Shown: positions 58,801-64,000 of the stretch, one piece after another
Layout of the letters: the number at the start of each line of letters is the position of its first letter
Position numbering within the stretch: position 1 is the stretch's first letter
Assembly (NCBI GenBank): GCA_002269645.1
Contig: NIVC01002098.1
Coordinates: forward strand, 140,635-204,634
Length of the DNA: 64,000 bases
Direction: 5' to 3'
Source: Macrostomum lignano
Lineage: Eukaryota
Notes under the pieces: generated by a model
The model's database searches: none
Told to the model about the DNA's origin: nothing
The model's input: the letters and a program-made list of their open reading frames with translations, nothing else
Program-made: the position numbers and the translations under genes

Positions 58801-59596
58801 CCAAAATGAAGTTCTGGCCATCAGCTCCTGCACTGCTGAGCTTCTCGCCACTGGCGTTACTGGTAAGAACATCATTTTCCATTCGGACAGCCAAGCTGCC
58901 TTGCACGCCATCAGTGGCTGCAGCACCAACTCTGCTACAGTCCTCGACTGTATCAAACTCCTCAACGTGTTGGGTTCCGCCAACAAAATTACCCTTAAGT
59001 GGGTTCCGGGGCATGTGGGGATCCGAGGAAATGAGTTGGCTGACACCCTTGCAAAAGTTGGTGCCTCCGGCTCCTCTCTCGGCCCCGAACCTCTTGTCCC
59101 GATTCCTGGCTGTGTCATCGACTCGCGCATCAAAGCGTGGATCAGGACTCAGCACCGCTCGCCTTGGGCGAACCGCACGAACTGCAGGCAATCCAGAGGC
59201 GCTGTCCCTCAGCCCTCTCACCAGCTTCGGAAGCTCCTCTTGCGCCTCTCGCGCAGAGACATCCGGGCTGCCACCATGACCCTCTCTGGTCACGGCTGCT
59301 TCTCCAGGCACCAGTACCTGCAGGGCAACGCCACCAACGCCACCTGTAGTTTCTGCAACTCAGGTGACGAAACCGCTGAGCATTTCGTCAGCATCTGTCC
59401 CGCCTTCACGCGGGCCAGACTCACTTACCTCGGGCCACACACATCTATTACTGAAGCGTGCAAACCCGAAAACTTTAATCAGCTCATGCGCTACCTTCGG
59501 GCCACCCGCAGGGCTGAACTCTCCTTTCCAGAGAGCACCATAGCTGCTGGCGACACTGGGGGACCTCCCTGGGCGGCGCCAACCCTCCGTCCATAG
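55861..59596 (+). CDS. LINE ORF2 (APE-RT-RNase H-CCHC), frameshifts at ~55960 and ~58142
   Basis: QINLQH, IQEPW, GDLNAH, LDAT, SDH; FRPISLTS, LDIVGAFD, PQGGVL, YADD; YTDGSK, TDS-like HSDSQ, WVPGHVG..NELAD; CSFC...H....C. Confidence 0.93.
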
Positions 59597-61119
59597 CGAC
59601 GCGTCGGCCGATTAGGGACTAGCGGAATGGGCGCCCGCGCCTTCCCGCTGTGTCCCCTCCGGGACAGCCCTGCAGCTAAGTCAAGTAAGTCAAGAGTTCA
59701 TGAGGGAGATCCTGATTTCAGGAGTGACTGAATGAGTTCATAGGATAGTTCTTTAACTCATATGAGTTTGAGTGTTAACCCCACTGAGTGACTGAGCGAG
59801 TGATTGCATCAAAACAGACTAGCCAAGCAAGTGGAAATATAAAACTAACGGAGTAGAAAGTGTGTAGGCAATAAAAAAGAGAAGAGAAATTGCCGAGAAT
59901 CGCGGGGTCAGTACCTGCAGTGCATACATGGATAGCTGCTTGCAAAGAGCGGCCATACGCACTGCCCCAGCCCACGCAAGTATTGACCGCACTGCCGATT
60001 TTTCAAACCCGTCCCACTCTGTACGCAGCTGGTAGCGCTCGGGCTGGCACATTTGGGGGTCTCACCCAGCCAGTGTGTACACAGCTGGTGTGCAATGCAG
60101 TGTACACGCCTGGCTGTACTGTCGCCCACGTATTCACTCAAACAGGCAGTGTGTATAATACGCAGGCATGCAGCTAGAATAACCGATGCTAGCCACATGC
60201 TGCATGTAGAAATAATCGGCACGCTTGTGAAATCCAATCTTTGCAAAGTCATCTGCGATTTTGAGGAGATATAAGCGGCGGATTCTGGATTTTTTAGCCT
60301 CAGGTGAGTTGGGGACCCTAACCGGAATCAACTAAAAACGTAGCTCGCACATCGCATTTCAAATCTGTGAAAAAAAGATTAGCTACGCAGCTGTTTCTGG
60401 CGTGTGTTGTTGTTTTTGCTTTTTCTCTTGCTAATCCAGTGGTTATCGGTAGCGGGCGCATTGCGTGATCCAGTCCCGCGGTCATGTGATAGCCGCATTA
60501 ATTCTAATCAAAAATGATACAGTGGACCAAAGCAGACTGTTGAGAATACGCACTGAAAGTTTTTTATGGTAATTTTTACCAATATTGATGGGCTGCAGAG
60601 GGCAGAAACGAGCTGTAACGCCGAGGCGCGTAGCACCGAGGAGTGTTCGCTCGTTTCTGCCCGATGCGGCCCATCCATATTAGTGTTATAGTTAGCGGGC
60701 GTGAAACCGCCTTTCACGGGCCGCTGAGACTTTCTATGGTAAAATCCTATTTACTCCAATGCATTCAGTCGGTTTCACGGGCCGCTGAAAATGTCTATTG
60801 CAAAGTCAGAAGAAAGCGGGGTCAAGGGGGCGCTGAGCCCCCTTGCGGGGGTGTGGGGGCGGAGCCCCCACATTATCACACCAGCACACAAGATGAAGAA
60901 AGAAATAATGAAATCTAAAAAATGTCTATTGCCAAAACTCCTTATTTTGCGAATTGAAAAAAATAGTAACAGATACTAAGAATTATTAAGCAGCACTAAG
61001 CTTTACTTTTAAAATATACAAGCTTCTGCTCGGATTACAGTGGACAGAAGTAAATCATTCGTATTTTTTTCTGAATCTTTAGAAGGCACCTTTAGCCCGT
61101 GGCTTCAACATACACAACA

Positions 61120-61460
61120 GTTCCAGTCTATGGCTTCAATATAGTCACAAACCATTTAGTCTATGGCCTCAATATAGTCACAAACCATTTAGTCTATGGC
61201 TTTACGACGTAATATAGTCACAAACAGTTTAGTCTATGGCTTCGATGTAGTCACAAACTGTTTACTTTATGGCTTTGATATAGTCACACAGTTTAGTCTA
61301 TGGCTTCAGTATAGTCACACAGTTTAGTCTATGGCTTCAATATAGTCACACAGTATTCTATGGCTTCGATATAGTCACACAGTTTAGTCAATGGCTTCGA
61401 TATAATCACACAGTTTAGTCTATGGCTTCAATATAGTCACACGGTTTAGTTTATGGCTTA
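61120..61460. repeat. ~31-bp minisatellite
   Basis: Unit ATAGTCACACAGTTTAGTCTATGGCTTCAAT with variants. Confidence 0.9.
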
Positions 61461-62039
61461 TGTATTGTTAAAATGAGTCTAAAAGACTAATCGAGTGTCG
61501 AGTCCAAAAGCAACCGGAAATTCAGTCGATAATCAACTTCCTTAATTTCGATTCAAAAGTAGCAGTACTTCTCCTTTTAGCCTAAAAATCACAAAAAGAT
61601 AGTATGCTCGGGTATACGATAGAGAAGCGAAGGACTCTTTAGTTCCCTTAATAAATCATAGACATAAAGACTCCCCGGTATGGGAAGCTCAAAAAATCCC
61701 TTGAGAATGTCAAAAAAGCTCGGGACGAGTCGAAGGAGTGCCTCCCTGCCAAAACCTCCTGGGACTGCACATACAGCAAAACCCCCGCCTCTGGGTCAGG
61801 CCCCGAGGGGCGGCTCTTCTTCAGTTCATTTCTGACAGAAGCCTGACCTAAAAAAGGACAAAAATACATATTTTAATGTTTAAAATCGCAAATAGCCCAT
61901 GTTTCACATCCACATAAACAAAAAATATCTGAATTTATAATGTTCGGGCAGCTTGAAACTGCGCAGAAATAAATACATAGCAAATAAGAGTAAATTCCAG
62001 AAAATGTAAGCCCTTTTTGGTCGCTAAGCCACTGCTGTC

Positions 62040-63900
62040 TGATGTAGTCAGCCAAGGATACGCTCGTAGAACTCCTTGAGTCAGTCTACGCGCACTGGAC
62101 CGAGGTTGAAACGCACGACAGCCTTCGTGACTTCGTGACTATTCTAACTACAACACTACTTGACACCTACTGGCATCGCGGTCAGACCGCAGTACTGACC
62201 ACGGTTGGCTCGGACGGCCGACCTCGGCTGCGACAGCACAGCATCAGCATAATAGCAGGGACACACAGAGGGAAGCGCAGCGCACAGCGCCGTTCTGAGC
62301 GGAGGCGCCAGAGCAACCGGTGAGGGCGACTCCGTGGCGCAGCCAGACGCCAGTCGCCTCCGGCCTCTGCTACCACAAACCTGGATCCGCCGGTTGGCGC
62401 CGGGGACCAAGACCCCAGCTGTACCAGGTGGCCGCCTGAGGCTCTGCAATCTGAACTGCCGGGCCCTAATGGCCCACTGTTGGTGGTGCTGCTCGGGGAC
62501 CTAGATGCAGTTACGCGGACATGGATGCGTTGGAGCACCTGCTCGACCGGCTGGACCTGGTGTCCGCTAACACTCAGTTACACAAGCCTCCCTCGCGCCT
62601 GGTCACCTTTGCGGGCTGCAAGAGGAGGCGCACAATGCACGCGAGCGGAACACAACGAAGTGGTTAGCGCAACTCGATCACGCGCTGGTCCCGACTCGCC
62701 GCGTCGTTTACTGCGACACCGTCCAGCTCCAGATTGACAAGCTAGTCAAAGTGGCTCCCATCGCCGGCCTTGTGGTCAAAACGCTTAAAGACCAAGGTGC
62801 TCACCGTGCTGACTGACATCCCCAGTGGACCTGACATGACATGCCGCGGCGCAGACGGGTGGAAGACCCTACTCCTTCGGATTCGCCTGGCCGGCCTATC
62901 GATCCATCCGGATCGTCCTTCAGTCAGAAGCGCTGGCCAACCGCCAGAGGGCTCGGTTCTGGCAGGCGGTAGTCGACACCATCCTATTTTACAATGCCGA
63001 GACGTGGACGCTGACGGCCATGCTGAAGCGGCAGCTGGACTCGGCGGCTGCTCCGCGAAGCCTTTTGCCCCCAGCCTCTGCAGGACAGGCTGCTGCTCCA
63101 AGCCTCTGCAGGACAGGCTGCTGCCCCAAGCCTCTGCAGGACAGGCTGCTGCCCCAAGCCTCTGCAGGACAGGCTGCTGCCCCAAGCCTCTGCAGGACAG
63201 GCTGCTGCCCAAGCCTCTGCAGGACAGGCTGCTGCCCAAGCCTCTGCAGGACAGGCTGCTGCCCCAAGCCTCTGCAGGACAGGCTGCTGCCCCAAGCCTC
63301 TGCAGGACAGGCTGCTGCCCAAGCCTCTGCAGGACAGGCTGCTGCCCCAAGCCTCTGCAGGACAGGCTGCTGCCCCAAGCCTCTGCAGGACAGGCTGCTG
63401 CCCCAAGCCTCTGCAGGACAGGCTGCTGCCCCAAGCCTCTGCAGGACAGGCTGCTGCTCATATTGCAGGGCACATTTAGGCGGGGCAAGGCCGGCATCCG
63501 TCGATACTCTACTCTTCTGGATTGCGTCATTTGTTTTTCTTCGGGTCGCGGTCATTGTCGCTAGACGTTGCCGATAGGCCGGATGCCTAGCACCATACAG
63601 CCAGGGGCGCGGCTGAGCAACCCCACGCGGGCGGACAGCAGACGACGGAGTCCAATTTGCGGCCTGCGGCGAGTGACCGAGTCCCGGAGCGCAGGGCTCC
63701 TCCGCAGGCGCCTTACGCTGTAAAAACCGCGCCCGCCGCCAACCAACGGTGAAGTCCTCAAACTGAGGTGGAAGACAGAACTCGACAGGCTGCATATCCG
63801 AATGGGAGACCAATTAGTCACCCGTCACCGGCAGGGTGGCACAGTGCTTTTGCCTCGCTGACGGGCGTCCAGGTGCGCGACGTGGACGCTGGTCTCATGC
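62040..63900 (+). pseudogene. Degraded RTE-like retrotransposon remnant
   Basis: YNAETWTLTAMLKRQLDS at ~62988-63045 resembles the RTE fragment at 50268-50632. The remainder is GC-rich and decayed; boundaries approximate. Confidence 0.5.
63068..63460. repeat. 27/28-bp minisatellite inside the RTE-like remnant
   Basis: Unit GCCTCTGCAGGACAGGCTGCTGCCC(C)AA, ~14 copies. Confidence 0.95.
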
Positions 63901-64000
63901 CCCCGCGTCATGAGCCTCGGCGTTATGCGTATCAAAGTTTCAGCCCTGTACAACCTTTTCCATATTAGTACATGTATATTGAAGTCCGCTGTGTCCATGA

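Larger units (their letters stand above)
54366..59693 (+). mobile_element. Full-length R1/LOA-like non-LTR retrotransposon with 13-bp TSD
   Basis: TSD GAGTTCATGAGGG at 54353-54365 and 59694-59706, (TAAGTCAAG)2 tail, ORF1 plus APE-RT-RNase H ORF2. Confidence 0.92.

Overview
Repeat-rich nuclear DNA from an invertebrate animal. The composition and minisatellite-filled introns resemble a free-living flatworm such as Macrostomum, but that is inference only. Host genes are a 3-exon F-box/WD40 gene (FBXW9-like, with a probable GC-AG intron), a 3-exon CLP1 and an intronless class A-like GPCR. The centrepiece is a complete 17,269-bp Polinton/Maverick (adintovirus-like endogenous virus) at 16768-34036, with 320-bp TIRs and a 6-bp CAGGGG target-site duplication. 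It encodes protein-primed PolB, major and minor capsid proteins, a packaging ATPase, an adenain-type protease, a modular fibre-like protein, a restriction-endonuclease-like protein and a PLA2-integrase fusion. The top finding is a 302-nt group I (IC1-like) intron at 31889-32190 that interrupts the PLA2-integrase gene exactly in the PLA2 Ca2+-binding loop. I could pair P1 (with the U-G wobble at the splice site), P3, P4, P5abc, P6, P7, P8 and P9 by eye. It ends in A rather than the canonical omega-G, has no homing endonuclease of its own, and lies just downstream of a free-standing PD-(D/E)XK nuclease gene. This Polinton copy has deletions removing the PolB YxDTD motif and the second integrase Asp. 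Each TIR contains an inverted copy of the terminus, and GNA-triloop hairpins recur at gene boundaries. The rest of the window holds hAT MITEs, a deleted mariner, decayed BEL and Gypsy remnants, an intact-looking piggyBac with asymmetric ends, several LINEs (one with a ubiquitin-like LRLRGG motif before APE) and many minisatellites. All calls come from reading the sequence by eye; no database searches or folding software were run.
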